Assembly (NCBI GenBank): GCA_024685775.1
Contig: JAIKVL010000038.1
Location: forward strand, 39,258-103,257
DNA length: 64,000 nucleotides
Direction of reading: 5' to 3'
Source of the DNA: Clostridia bacterium
GTDB lineage: Bacteria > Bacillota > Clostridia > Christensenellales > CAG-1252
Shown here: positions 37,712 through 47,514 of the stretch, piece after piece
Layout: every line of letters begins with the position of its first letter
Numbering within the stretch: position 1 is the stretch's first letter
Made by a program: the position numbers and the translations under genes
Notes under the pieces: generated by a model
Seen by the model: the letters and a program-made list of their open reading frames with translations, nothing else
Told to the model about the DNA's origin: nothing
The model's database searches: none

Positions 37712-39454
37712 ATGAAGAAATTGATGTTAGGAAACGAAGCGATCGCGCGCGGCGCGTACGAAGCGGGCGTTAAAGTGTCCGCCGCGTATCCCGGAACGCC
37801 GAGCACGGAGATCAGCGAGAATTTCGCAAAGTACGGCGAAGTGTACGCCGAATGGGCGCCGAACGAAAAAGTCGCGGCGGAAGTCGCGATCGGCGCGTCG
37901 ATCAGCGGCGTTCGCAGTATGTGCTGTATGAAGCACGTCGGCTTGAACGTCGCCGCCGATCCGCTCTTTACTTTTTCTTATACCGGCGTGGGCGGCGGAA
38001 TGGTCGCGGTCGTCGCGGACGATCCCGGTTTGTACTCCTCGCAGAACGAGCAGGACACGAGGCTTATTGCGCGCGCCGCGATGATCCCGGTTATCGAGCC
38101 GTCGGACAGCGCGGAGGCGAAAGAGTTTATCAAACTTGCCTACGATCTCAGCGAAAAGTACGACACGCCGATCATTCTCAGGACGACGACCCGCCTTTCT
38201 CACTCGCAAGGCGTCGTCGAGCTCGAAGAGCGCAAAGAGGTCGCAGACAAGCCTTACGAGAAGAGAATCGATAAGTACGTTATGATGCCGGGTATGGCGA
38301 AAAAGCGTCACGTCCTCGTCGAAAAACGCCTGAACGAAATGGCGGAGAACGAGTGCGGCGCGCCGTTGAATCGCATTGAGTACGGTGACAAAAAGATCGG
38401 ATTCATCACGAGCGGTATCGCGTATCAGTACGTCAAAGAGGCGATGCCCGAAGCGTCCGTCTTGAAGCTCGGTCTTTTGAATCCCCTTCCCGTAAAATTG
38501 ATCAAAGAATTTGCGGCGAACGTCGACACCTTGTACGTCTTCGAGGAACTCGAACCCCTTGTCGAAGAAAAAGTAAAATCCCTCGGGATCAAATGCATCG
38601 GCAAAGAGATCTTTACCCGCCAAGGGGAGTACAGCGCGAATCTGCTCCGCAAAGCCGTCCTCGGCAAAGCGGATTACGAAGCGCCTCTCGCGGATCTTCC
38701 CGCGCGCCCGCCCGTCCTCTGCCCGGGTTGCCCGCATAGGAGCGTCTTCTCCGTTATGAAGAAGCTGAAACTGCACGTTATCGGCGATATCGGGTGCTAC
38801 ACGCTCGGCGCCGTTCCTCCCGTCTCCGTCATCGAAACGACGATCTGTATGGGCAGCAGTATTTCGACCCTTCACGGCGTCGAAAAGGCGAAGGGCAAAG
38901 ACTATATCAAAAATTGGGTCTGCGTCATCGGCGACAGCACCTTCCTTCACACCGGCGTAAACAGCCTGATCAACTCGGCGTATAACGAAAGCACCGGCAC
39001 GGTCGTCATCCTCGACAATTCGACGACGGGTATGACGGGTCACCAAGAGCACGCCGCGACGGGTAAGAACCTCAAAGGCGATATCGCGCCCGCGATCGGT
39101 CTCGAAAACCTGTGCCGCGCGATCGGCGTAAAGAACGTCCGCACGGTCGGCGCGTTCGACCGCGAAGCGCTCGCCGCCGCTTTGAAAGAGGAAACGCAGA
39201 GGGAAGAGCTTTCCGTCATCATCTGCAAAGCGCCCTGCGCGCTTCTCAAAGGCAACGTCTTTAAGGAGAAAGTCTTCGTGGACGCGGAAAAGTGCATCGG
39301 GTGCGGCGCTTGCATCACCTGCGGTTGCCCCGCGCTCAGCAAGGACGAATTCGGGAAAGCGAAGATCAACCCCGAAATGTGTAACGGTTGCGGGCTTTGC
39401 GCTTCGAACTGCCGTTTCGGCGCGATGGAGAAAAGGGAGGTCGTAAAGAAATGA
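37712..39454 (+). CDS. iorA: indolepyruvate:ferredoxin oxidoreductase alpha subunit
   Basis: 580 aa. TPP-enzyme N-terminus, CPGCPHR, and two C-terminal 4Fe-4S motifs CIGCGACITCGCP and CNGCGLCASNC. Confidence 0.9.
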   Translation: MKKLMLGNEAIARGAYEAGVKVSAAYPGTPSTEISENFAKYGEVYAEWAPNEKVAAEVAIGASISGVRSMCCMKHVGLNVAADPLFTFSYTGVGGGMVAVVADDPGLYSSQNEQDTRLIARAAMIPVIEPSDSAEAKEFIKLAYDLSEKYDTPIILRTTTRLSHSQGVVELEERKEVADKPYEKRIDKYVMMPGMAKKRHVLVEKRLNEMAENECGAPLNRIEYGDKKIGFITSGIAYQYVKEAMPEASVLKLGLLNPLPVKLIKEFAANVDTLYVFEELEPLVEEKVKSLGIKCIGKEIFTRQGEYSANLLRKAVLGKADYEAPLADLPARPPVLCPGCPHRSVFSVMKKLKLHVIGDIGCYTLGAVPPVSVIETTICMGSSISTLHGVEKAKGKDYIKNWVCVIGDSTFLHTGVNSLINSAYNESTGTVVILDNSTTGMTGHQEHAATGKNLKGDIAPAIGLENLCRAIGVKNVRTVGAFDREALAAALKEETQREELSVIICKAPCALLKGNVFKEKVFVDAEKCIGCGACITCGCPALSKDEFGKAKINPEMCNGCGLCASNCRFGAMEKREVVKK

Positions 39455-40020
39455 ACGTAAATATTATGATCGTCGGCGTGGGCGGACAAGGCACGCTTTT
39501 GACGAGCCGCATTCTCGGCGGCATCGCTATGGAAAAAGGCTACGACGTAAAACTTTCGGAAGTTCACGGTATGGCGCAGCGCGGCGGAAGCGTCGTGACG
39601 TTCGTGCGTTACGGCGACAAGGTCGCGGAGCCCATCGTCGAAGAAGGGCAGGCAGACGTCTTGATCGCGTTCGAAAGGCTCGAAGCCGCTCGTTATCATC
39701 AATTCTTGAAGAAGGGCGGCGTTATGATCGTGAACGACGTCGTGATCGAGCCGATCACCGTCATTTCCGGCGCGGCGAAATACCCGTATAACGTCCTCGA
39801 CAGCTTGGAGGATAAGTATAAGATCGTCAAGATCAACGCAAACGAGATCGCAAGCGCGGTCGGTAATCAAAAGGTCTTCAATACCGTCGTGCTCGGCGTC
39901 GCGGCGAGGTTTATGGGGGTCGAAAAGGAAACTTGGCTCAAAGTCATTGAGAACACCGTTCCGCCGAAGACGGTCGAGATCAATAAAAAGGCGTTCCTGA
40001 CCGGTTTGGAAAACGGTTGA
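39451..40020 (+). CDS. iorB: indolepyruvate:ferredoxin oxidoreductase beta subunit
   Basis: 189 aa from ATG 39451, which overlaps the iorA stop (ATGA). MNVNIMIVGVGGQGTLL..EVHGMAQRGGSV. Confidence 0.85.
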   Translation: MNVNIMIVGVGGQGTLLTSRILGGIAMEKGYDVKLSEVHGMAQRGGSVVTFVRYGDKVAEPIVEEGQADVLIAFERLEAARYHQFLKKGGVMIVNDVVIEPITVISGAAKYPYNVLDSLEDKYKIVKINANEIASAVGNQKVFNTVVLGVAARFMGVEKETWLKVIENTVPPKTVEINKKAFLTGLENG

Positions 40021-40038
40021 TCGCAAATGGGAGAACGT

Positions 40039-41337
40039 ATGATTTGGAATAAAGAAATGGAGACGATGAGCCGCGAGGATATGCGCGCGCTGCAAAGCGA
40101 AAGGCTCGTCAAGACGGTCAAGCGGGTGTATGAAAAAGTCCCCGCCTATCGCGCGAAGATGGATGCGATCGGTTTGAAACCCGAAGACATCAAAGGGGTC
40201 GAGGATCTCTCGAAGCTTCCGTTTACGACGAAAGCCGACCTGCGCGATAATTATCCCTTCGGGCTGTTCGCCGTCCCGCAAGAGGAGATCACGAGAGTGC
40301 ACGCTTCTTCGGGAACGACCGGAAAACCCACCGTCGTCGGGTACACGGAGAACGATATCAAGATGTGGAGCGAATGCGTCGCGCGTTGTATGACGATGGC
40401 GGGCGTCACGAAGAAAGATATCGTCCAGATCGCCTACGGTTACGGGCTTTTTACCGGCGGACTCGGCGCGCATTACGGCGCGGAATATATCGGAGCGACG
40501 ACCGTCCCGATGAGCACGGGCAACACGCAAAAACTCATCACCTTGATGAAAGATTTTCAGGCGACGGCGATCGCCTGCACGCCTTCTTATCTTTTGCATA
40601 TCGCGGAAGTTTTGAAAGAGGGCGGCGATCTCGACAAGATCAAACTTCGCGCGGCGATCTGCGGCGCGGAACCTTGGACGGAAGATATGCGCCTGAGAAT
40701 CGAGAATATCCTCGGCGTCAGCGCGCACGATATTTACGGGCTTTCCGAAGTGATGGGTCCGGGCGTCGCTTGCGACTGCGAATATCATAACGGACTGCAC
40801 GTCTGCGAAGATAACTTCATTCCCGAGATCATCTCCCCGACGACGTTGGAGCCTTTGAAAGAGGGCGAGACGGGCGAACTCGTCTTTACGACGATCACGA
40901 AAGAGGGGCTTCCCTTGATCCGTTACAGGACGCGCGATCTGACTTCGATCTCTTACGAGCCCTGCAAGTGCGGCAGGACGACTTGCCGCATCAGCCGCTT
41001 TAAGGGAAGATCGGACGATATGCTGATCATCCGCGGCGTAAACGTCTTCCCGTCGCAGGTCGAAGAAGCCCTGCTTCGCGTGGACGGCGTAAGCCCGCAT
41101 TATCTGATCATCGTCGATCGCGTCAACAATCTCGACACGATGGAGATCATGGTCGAAGTGGATGAACGGTTTTTCAGCGACGAGATCAAAGGTCTCGAAG
41201 CGTTGGCGGTCAAGATCGGCAAAGCCGTTCAGCAGATGATCGGTCTGAACGCGAAGATCAAACTCGTCGAACCCAGAACGATCGAGCGCAGCATGGGCAA
41301 ATCCGTGCGCGTTCAAGACAAACGCAAACTTGTGTAA
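40039..41337 (+). CDS. paaK: phenylacetate-CoA ligase family protein (copy 2)
   Basis: 432 aa. Clear paralogue of 36404-37708, colinear along its length, with [11 protein letters not shown]. Confidence 0.85.
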   Translation: MIWNKEMETMSREDMRALQSERLVKTVKRVYEKVPAYRAKMDAIGLKPEDIKGVEDLSKLPFTTKADLRDNYPFGLFAVPQEEITRVHASSGTTGKPTVVGYTENDIKMWSECVARCMTMAGVTKKDIVQIAYGYGLFTGGLGAHYGAEYIGATTVPMSTGNTQKLITLMKDFQATAIACTPSYLLHIAEVLKEGGDLDKIKLRAAICGAEPWTEDMRLRIENILGVSAHDIYGLSEVMGPGVACDCEYHNGLHVCEDNFIPEIISPTTLEPLKEGETGELVFTTITKEGLPLIRYRTRDLTSISYEPCKCGRTTCRISRFKGRSDDMLIIRGVNVFPSQVEEALLRVDGVSPHYLIIVDRVNNLDTMEIMVEVDERFFSDEIKGLEALAVKIGKAVQQMIGLNAKIKLVEPRTIERSMGKSVRVQDKRKLV

Positions 41338-41352
41338 AAGGAGGAGGAAACT

Positions 41353-41784
41353 ATGCAAGCGAAACAAGTATCGGTTTTTATTGAAAACAGAGAAGGCAGG
41401 CTCGAAGAGGTCCTCGCCGCGATCAAAGCGGCGGGCGTCAACATTTTGTCTTTGTCTCTCGCGGACACGAGCGAGTACGGGCTTTTGCGCCTGATCGTTT
41501 CCGATCCCGACGCGGCGGATAAAGCCTTGAAAGAAGGGGGATTTTCTTCGATGCTGACGAGCGTCCTCGTCGTCCGTTTGAATAACGAAGTCGGCTCTCT
41601 GCAAGATCTTCTCGTCGCCGTCGCAAAAGAAAAGATCAATCTCGAATATATGTACGGCTTGACGATCGAGAAAGAAGGCAAAGCGTCGCTCGTCATCAAA
41701 GCGTCCGATCTCGACAAGGCGGCGGCTGTCCTGAAAAAGGCGGGCGCGGATCTTTTGTCTAACGAGGAGATTGTCACCCTGTAA
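41353..41784 (+). CDS. ACT domain protein
   Basis: 143 aa with two ACT-like repeats (VSVFIENREGRLEEVLAAIKAAGVNILSLSLAD ; VVRLNNEVGSLQDLLVAVAKEKINLEYMY). Confidence 0.7.
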   Translation: MQAKQVSVFIENREGRLEEVLAAIKAAGVNILSLSLADTSEYGLLRLIVSDPDAADKALKEGGFSSMLTSVLVVRLNNEVGSLQDLLVAVAKEKINLEYMYGLTIEKEGKASLVIKASDLDKAAAVLKKAGADLLSNEEIVTL

Positions 41785-41785
41785 T

Positions 41786-42601
41786 ATGATCATCGACTTT
41801 CACGCGCACGCATTCCCCGACGCTCTCGCGGAGCGTTCGGTCTCGTTTCTCGCCGCGCAGGCGAATCTTCCCGCTTTTTCGGACGGAACGACCGCGGGGC
41901 TTATTCGAAGCGCGAAGACGATCGGCGCGGACGGCGCCGTCGTCCTTCCCGTCGTGACCAAGCCTTCGCAATTCCGCTCGATCAACGCGTTCGCGAAGAA
42001 GATCGATAGCGGCGAATTCGATCGCGACGGAGTAAAACTCCGCTCGTTCGGCGGCGTTCATCCCGATTCGGAAAGCGTAAAAGAAGACGTGAAAGCGATC
42101 AAAGCGCTCGGCTTGAAGGGGATCAAACTGCACCCCGATTATCAGGGCGTTTTCGTGGACGACGACAAGGTCCTCCGCGTGATCGACGCGGCGATGGAAG
42201 AGGGACTTTTCGTCTCGATCCACGCAGGTTTGGATCTCGGATTTCCCGGTCAGGAAATTCGTTGCACGCCGAAGCGCGCGAAGAGAATGCTTTCTCTGAC
42301 GGGGGCGACGAACGTCATCCTCGCCCATATGGGCGGGTTTATGCTTTGGGAAGAGGTCGCGGATCTGCTTGTCGGCAAAAACGTGATCTTCGACACGGGC
42401 GTCGTCGCGAAATATATGGACGTTTCTCTCGCGCGAAAGATCGTCCGCGCGCACGGTGCGGATAAGATCCTGTTTGCGACGGATTCCCCTTGGGCGAGCT
42501 ACGAGGACAGTTTCGCGTTCGTTCGTGCGATGGGGCTTTCGAAAGAGGAAGAAGATTTGATTTTCGGCTTAAATGCCGCGAAAATTTTGGAGGAAAAATG
42601 A
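41786..42601 (+). CDS. metal-dependent amidohydrolase-fold protein
   Basis: 271 aa from ATG 41786. MIIDFHAHAFPD is a typical amidohydrolase/TIM-barrel N-terminus. Confidence 0.65.
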   Translation: MIIDFHAHAFPDALAERSVSFLAAQANLPAFSDGTTAGLIRSAKTIGADGAVVLPVVTKPSQFRSINAFAKKIDSGEFDRDGVKLRSFGGVHPDSESVKEDVKAIKALGLKGIKLHPDYQGVFVDDDKVLRVIDAAMEEGLFVSIHAGLDLGFPGQEIRCTPKRAKRMLSLTGATNVILAHMGGFMLWEEVADLLVGKNVIFDTGVVAKYMDVSLARKIVRAHGADKILFATDSPWASYEDSFAFVRAMGLSKEEEDLIFGLNAAKILEEK

Positions 42602-43782
42602 TCTGTAACGAAAAAATGTACGCGCTCGGCGCGAAACGGTCGGTCATACGCGAACTCTTCGAGTACGGCAAAAAGAGAAAAGCCGAAGTCGGAGAGGAGA
42701 ACGTCTTCGATTTCAGCCTCGGCAATCCGAGCGTCCCGCCACCCCAAGAAGTCAAAGAGACGCTGACCCGCCTTTTGCTCTCGGGGAACGAAACCGCGCT
42801 TCACGGTTATACCTCGGCGCAGGGCGATAAAGGCGTTCGCGAGACCATCGCGAAGAATTACGAAAAAGCGTTCGGCTTCGCGTTCGATCCCGAACTGATG
42901 TATATGACTTGCGGCGCGGCGGCGTCCTTGACGATCTCGCTGAACGCGATCGTAAAAGACGAAAAGGATGAGATCGTGACTTTCGCGCCGTTCTTCCCGG
43001 AGTATCGCGTCTTTACCGAAAAGGCGGGCGCGACTCTCGTTCCCGTCGCTCCCGCGGAAGGGCTGGATATATCCCTCGAAGGGCTCGAAGCCGCGCTGAA
43101 CGAGCATACGCGCGCGGTCATTATCAATTCGCCGAATAACCCGAGCGGCGTCGTCTACTCGGAGGAGAAACTCAAAAAGGTCGCGGAGATCCTTGCCGCG
43201 GCGGGTAAAAAATTCGGTCGCCCGATCTATTTGATCTCGGACGAACCCTATCGCGCGCTCGTCTTCGACAAGAAGCCCTCGTGCTTGCCGAGCCTTTATA
43301 AGGACACGATCGTTTGCTATTCCTATTCGAAGGCGCTTTCCCTCCCGGGCGAGCGTATCGGATATATCGCGATCTCGCCGCTTGCGGAAGAAGCGCAGGA
43401 GCTTTATCTCGCCGTTTGCGGGGCGGGCCGCGCGCTCGGTTACGTTTGCGCGCCGAGCCTCTTCCAATATCTCGTCAAGGAATGCGACGAAAAGACCGCG
43501 GATATAAACGTCTACCGCGCGAATCGCGATCGCCTGTACTCCGCGCTGACCGAAATGGGCTTCGAGTGCGCGTATCCGTCGGGCGCGTTTTACCTCTTTA
43601 TGAAATCCCCGACCGGAAGCGCGTCGGAGCTTTCGGAAGAAGCGAAAAAGCTGGATATCCTCGTCGTTCCGAGCGATAGTTTCGGGTGCGAAGGTTACGT
43701 CCGTATCGCGTACTGCGTAAGTCCGGAGATGATCGAAAAGAGCTTGCCCGCGTTTGAAAAGCTCGCGCGCAGGTTCTTTTAA
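42598..43782 (+). CDS. class I/II PLP-dependent aminotransferase (aspartate/aromatic type)
   Basis: 394 aa from ATG 42598 (ATGA overlap with the previous stop). FSLGNPSVPPP near the N-terminus. PLP-lysine motif YSYSKALSLPGERIGY. Confidence 0.85.
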   Translation: MICNEKMYALGAKRSVIRELFEYGKKRKAEVGEENVFDFSLGNPSVPPPQEVKETLTRLLLSGNETALHGYTSAQGDKGVRETIAKNYEKAFGFAFDPELMYMTCGAAASLTISLNAIVKDEKDEIVTFAPFFPEYRVFTEKAGATLVPVAPAEGLDISLEGLEAALNEHTRAVIINSPNNPSGVVYSEEKLKKVAEILAAAGKKFGRPIYLISDEPYRALVFDKKPSCLPSLYKDTIVCYSYSKALSLPGERIGYIAISPLAEEAQELYLAVCGAGRALGYVCAPSLFQYLVKECDEKTADINVYRANRDRLYSALTEMGFECAYPSGAFYLFMKSPTGSASELSEEAKKLDILVVPSDSFGCEGYVRIAYCVSPEMIEKSLPAFEKLARRFF

Positions 43783-43810
43783 TTCCGCAAAATCGAAAGG
43801 GTTTTCTGCG

Positions 43811-44630
43811 TCATTCCGAACGGAGTGAAGAATCCCTAAACGCGAAGTAGGAAGCGGATGAGATCCTTCGACACGCTCGATTCTCTCGCGGCTCAGGATG
43901 ACGATATTATAATTCCTCGTCATATTGAGCGGAGCGAAGCGGAGTCGAAATATCCCCTAAGGCGAAGCGGCGTGAAATAAGGATGAGATCCTTCGACACG
44001 CTCGATTCTCTCGCGGCTCAGGATGACGAATAGAGGAAGGAAGGCTTCGCGGGTTGCAGGACAAGGCGATCCCTCGGCAGGCTCGGGATGACAAATAAGA
44101 AGTGACAGCGCAGGAAAAGTCTCTATTGTCATTTCGACCGAAGCGGAGAAATCGCCGATTACCGTTCGTCATATTGAGCGAAGTGAAGCGGAGTCGAAAT
44201 ATCCCCTAAGGCGAAGCAGTGAGAAATAAGGTTGAGATTCTTCATTTCGTTCAGAATTACGATTTATAAAAAGCGGAGGAGATCCTTCGACACGCTCAGG
44301 ATGACGAATGAAGAAAGCGGGGTTTCGCGGGTTGCAGGACAAGGCGATCCCTCGGCAGGCTCTGGATGACAAATAAGAAGTGACAGCGCAGTCGAATGCC
44401 CTATTGTCATTTCGACCGAAGCGGAGAAATCGCCGATTACCGGTTATTGAAAGCGGGGCTTTGCGGATAGAAATACAAGGCGATCCCTCGGCAGGCTCGG
44501 GATGACGATATTATAATTCCTCGTCATATTGAGCGGAGCGAAACGGAGTCGAAATACCTCCTAAGGCGAAGCAGTGAAGAATCCCCGAATGCGAAGCGGC
44601 AGAGGTCTTTCGGCTTCGCATAGGATAAGA
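43811..44630. repeat. intergenic array 1 of short hairpin-module repeats (~14 modules, both orientations)
   Basis: Units of 25-43 nt of the form GTCAT-stem-loop-stem-ATC, for example GTCATTTCGACCGAAGCGGAGAAATC and GTCATATTGAGCGGAGCGAAGCGGAGTCGAAATATC. The inverse forms also occur: GATCCCTCGGCAGGCTCGGGATGAC and GAGATCCTTCGACACGCTC(GATTCTCTCGCGGCTC)AGGATGAC. Confidence 0.9.
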
Positions 44631-44653
44631 ATAAAAGAAAAAAGGAGAAAACT

Positions 44654-45166
44654 ATGTCTTATATCGAAAGCAAAGAACAAACGGATACCGTCAAAATCGA
44701 AATGGAAAGCGGCAGCAGCCTTGTGATCGCGCTTGACCCGAAGAATGCGCCCATCACGGTCCAAAACTTCAAAAAGCTCGTCGGCGCGGGCTTTTATAAC
44801 GGCTTGATCTTTCACCGCGTGATTTCCGGCTTTATGGTGCAGGGCGGCGACCCGACCGGGACGGGGATGAGCGGAAGCAAAGAGAAGATCAAGGGCGAAT
44901 TCTTGATGAACGGCGTCCGCAACACCCTTTCGCATAAGCGCGGCGTGATCTCGATGGCGCGCACGAACGACCCGAATTCGGCTTCTTCGCAGTTCTTTAT
45001 CTGCCACGCGGACGCGAACTTCCTCGACGGACAGTATGCGGCGTTCGGCGCGGTCGTTGAAGGGATCGAGACGGTGGATGAGATCGCCGCGGCGCCGACG
45101 AATTCGATGGACAAGCCCATTAAACCGCAGGTGATGAAACGGGTTTATTTCGTCGAGCGCGTATAA
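44654..45166 (+). CDS. ppiB: cyclophilin-type peptidyl-prolyl cis-trans isomerase
   Basis: 170 aa. FHRVISGFMVQGGDPTGTG and SMARTNDPNSASSQFFI are cyclophilin signatures. Confidence 0.9.
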   Translation: MSYIESKEQTDTVKIEMESGSSLVIALDPKNAPITVQNFKKLVGAGFYNGLIFHRVISGFMVQGGDPTGTGMSGSKEKIKGEFLMNGVRNTLSHKRGVISMARTNDPNSASSQFFICHADANFLDGQYAAFGAVVEGIETVDEIAAAPTNSMDKPIKPQVMKRVYFVERV

Positions 45167-45210
45167 TAAAACGGCTTTGCCTATTGCGCGATTGATTTGT
45201 TTCTGACTTC

Positions 45211-45257
45211 AAAATCGCACGGTTACGTACAAGTAGTACGCGCCCGTGCGATTTTTT
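45211..45257 (+). terminator. rho-independent terminator after ppiB
   Basis: Long hairpin AAAATCGCACGG..CCGTGCGATTTTTT with an inner CGTAC/GTACG stem. Confidence 0.75.
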
Positions 45258-45292
45258 GTCGTGCCTCGCACGCACTATCCGATGCAAAGCCG

Positions 45293-45895
45293 TTTATTGA
45301 AAGAGTGGCTTTGCGGGTCGCAGGACAAGGCGATCCCTCGGCAAGCTCGGGATGACAAGTAATAAGGAAGTGACGGTGCAGGAAAAGTCTCTATTGTCAT
45401 TTCGACCGAAGCGGAGAAATCGCCGATTACCGTTCGTCGTATTGAGCGGAGCGAAGCGGAGTCGAAATATCCCCTAAGGCGAAGCAGTAGAAAAGCGGAT
45501 GAGATCCTTCGACAGGCTCAGGATGACGAATAGAGAAAGAAAGGCTTCGCGGGTTGCAGGACAAGGCGATCCCTCGGCAAGCTCGGGATGACGAATAAAA
45601 AGAGACTGCGCAGGCAAATTGTCTCTTGTCATTTCGACCGAAGCGGAGAAATCGCCGATTACCGCTCGTCATATTGAGCGGAGCGAAGCGGAGTCGAAAT
45701 ATCCCCTAAGGCGAAGCGGCGTGAAATAAGGCTGAGATCCTTCGACAGACTCAGGATGACGAATAGAGGAAGCAGGGGTTCGCGGGTCGCAGGACAAGGC
45801 GATCCCTCGGCAAGCTCGGGATGACAAATAAGAAGTGACGGCGCAGGAAAAGTCTCTATTGTCATTTCGACCGAAGCGGAGAAATCGCCGATTAC
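45293..45895. repeat. intergenic array 2 of hairpin-module repeats (composite unit repeated in tandem about 2.5 times, period 233-236 bp)
   Basis: GGCTT(T/C)GCGGGT(T/C)GCAGGACAAGGCGATCCCTCGGCAAGCTCGGGATGAC starts at 45307, 45543 and 45776. Each copy is followed by the same ordered modules (GTCATTTCGACCGAAGCGGAGAAATC, GTCATATTGAGCGGAGCGAAGCGGAGTCGAAATATC, GAGATCCTTCGACAGGCTCAGGATGAC). Confidence 0.9.
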
Positions 45896-45925
45896 AAAAA
45901 GTACGGTTGCGATTTGCAACCGTGC
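45896..45925 (-). terminator. rho-independent terminator of the lipid kinase gene (minus strand)
   Basis: On the minus strand: GCACGGTTGC AAATC GCAACCGTAC followed by TTTTT. Confidence 0.75.
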
Positions 45926-45985
45926 TTTAAGTGAATGATAAGGAATAAAAAGGTATTTCCGCGCCTTGGTCTCGGTTCGAAGGGA

Positions 45986-46861
45986 TCAAAGGAACATTTT
46001 CAGCTTTCCCTTTACGATCTTTGCAGAGATCTTACTTTCCGAGCGAACTTCGCCGTCGATTTGGAGCTTTCCTTCGCCCGCATCCAAAATCTCGACTTCG
46101 GCTTCGGTCGAGCGATACACTTTCGTGTAGGGTTGCAGGTGAATTTTCCCGCCGAGGAATTTCAAAAGAGCGGGAAGAATTTTTCCTTTCTTCAAGTTGT
46201 CGATGACGACGAGATCGAGCGCGCCGTCGCGCACGTCGGACGCGGGAGAGATCGGCATTCCGCCCCCGATAAAAGAGCCGTTCGCCACCGCGACCATAAA
46301 GACGTCTTGTTCGTTTTCGACGTCGCCGATCTTGAAGCGGACGTGATGGGGTTTGAAATGGCTGAGGACGTAAAACAGCGAAAGGTAGTACTTGATTTTC
46401 CCGTGAAAATGCTTCATCGAAGCGTATTTTACAAGGACGTCCACGTCCATTCCGAGTCCGCAAACGTTCAAACAGCGTCGATTCGCGAGCTGAATATAAT
46501 CGAGGTTTTGGATTTTGCCCGCCAAAACGATGTTCAGCGCATTTTCGGCTTTCTTCGGAATTCCGAGCTTGCGCGCGAAATCGTTGCCCGTTCCGCAAGG
46601 GATCAAACCGAAGGTCACTTTGTCGAAATCTTCCACGCCGTTGATGGCTTCGCTGAAAGTCCCGTCCCCGCCGATGACGATAATATTCGTCTCTTCGCCG
46701 GAAGAAGTAATTTCGCGCACGATATCCGTGCAGTGTCCTTGGCTTTGCGTCGGATGCTCGATAAAAGCAATGCCGTTTTTATTGAGTTCGGATTTTACGT
46801 ATTCCGCGGTTTTCAGCGTCTTTTTCTGACCCGCGGTCGGATTATAAACGATATGAAACAT
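45986..46861 (-). CDS. diacylglycerol/lipid kinase family protein (YegS/BmrU-like)
   Basis: 291 aa. MFHIVYNPTAGQKK..VIGGDGTFSEAINGV..IPCGTGNDFAR are the DAGK catalytic-domain motifs. Confidence 0.85.
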   Translation of the reverse strand: MFHIVYNPTAGQKKTLKTAEYVKSELNKNGIAFIEHPTQSQGHCTDIVREITSSGEETNIIVIGGDGTFSEAINGVEDFDKVTFGLIPCGTGNDFARKLGIPKKAENALNIVLAGKIQNLDYIQLANRRCLNVCGLGMDVDVLVKYASMKHFHGKIKYYLSLFYVLSHFKPHHVRFKIGDVENEQDVFMVAVANGSFIGGGMPISPASDVRDGALDLVVIDNLKKGKILPALLKFLGGKIHLQPYTKVYRSTEAEVEILDAGEGKLQIDGEVRSESKISAKIVKGKLKMFL

Positions 46862-46934
46862 AGCGCCCTCGCTTAATGATGTTAACTTATTCTAACACGC
46901 GAAGACGGAAATGTCAATATGCGATAATAACGGG

Positions 46935-47405
46935 GAATCCCTCGGGTGCGCTCGCTTCGTTCGCTTCTCGGGATGACGAATTGATTTTTCCATGCGTCAT
47001 TCTGAACGGAGTGAAGAATCCCCTAATGAAGCGGACGAGATCCTTCGACACGCTCGATTCTCTCGCGGCTCAGGATGACGATTTACAAAAAGCGGATGAG
47101 ATCCTTCGACACGCCTTGCGGCGGCTCAGGATGACGAATAGAGGAAGAAAGGCTTCGCGGGTTGCAGGACAAGGCGATCCCTCGGCAGGCTCAGGATGAC
47201 GAATAGAGAGTGAAGGCGCAGGCAAATTCTCTCTTGTCATTTCGACCGAAGCGGAGAAATCGCCGATTACCGTTCGTCATATTGAGCGGAGCGAAGCGGA
47301 GTCGAAATATCCCCTAAGGCGAAGCAGTAGAAAAGCGGATGAGATCCTTCGGCTTCGCTCAGGATGACGATATATTAAATAAGGATGAGATCCTTCGATT
47401 TCGCC
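46935..47405. repeat. intergenic array 3 of hairpin-module repeats (~9 modules)
   Basis: Same module families as arrays 1 and 2. These include GTCATTCTGAACGGAGTGAAGAATC (46996) and the composite segment GGCTTCGCGGGTTGCAGGACAAGGCGATCCCTCGGCAGGCTCAGGATGAC (47151). Confidence 0.9.
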
Positions 47406-47514
47406 TTGGAGGAAGGTATTCTTTTCCTCGAAAAAACAAGAGTCGGCGTCTCGTTTTCGCGCAACTTTGGTTTGACTTATTGCCTTTTTGATCGGCTTAT
47501 GGTAATATAAAGCC

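Noticed and set aside
34799-41793. Two very long minus-strand ORFs (34799-37504, 901 aa; 39040-41793, 917 aa) across the symporter/paaK/ior cluster
   Set aside because: They are antisense to several independent, well-supported + strand genes. A single ORF spanning multiple unrelated genes on the other strand is not credible, and the translations are low-complexity and His/Arg/Asp-rich.
42499-43923. 474-aa minus-strand ORF opposite the aminotransferase gene, and the 313-aa + strand ORF 45935-46876 opposite the lipid kinase gene
   Set aside because: These are shadow ORFs. In each case the opposite strand carries clear family signatures (the PLP-lysine motif and GGDGT, respectively).
43811-47405. 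Possible CRISPR array
   Set aside because: The repeat units belong to several different sequence families, vary in length (25-43 nt) and occur in both orientations. They abut or nest within each other rather than being separated by unique spacers of uniform length. No cas genes are present. I interpret them as REP/BIME-like hairpin repeats instead.
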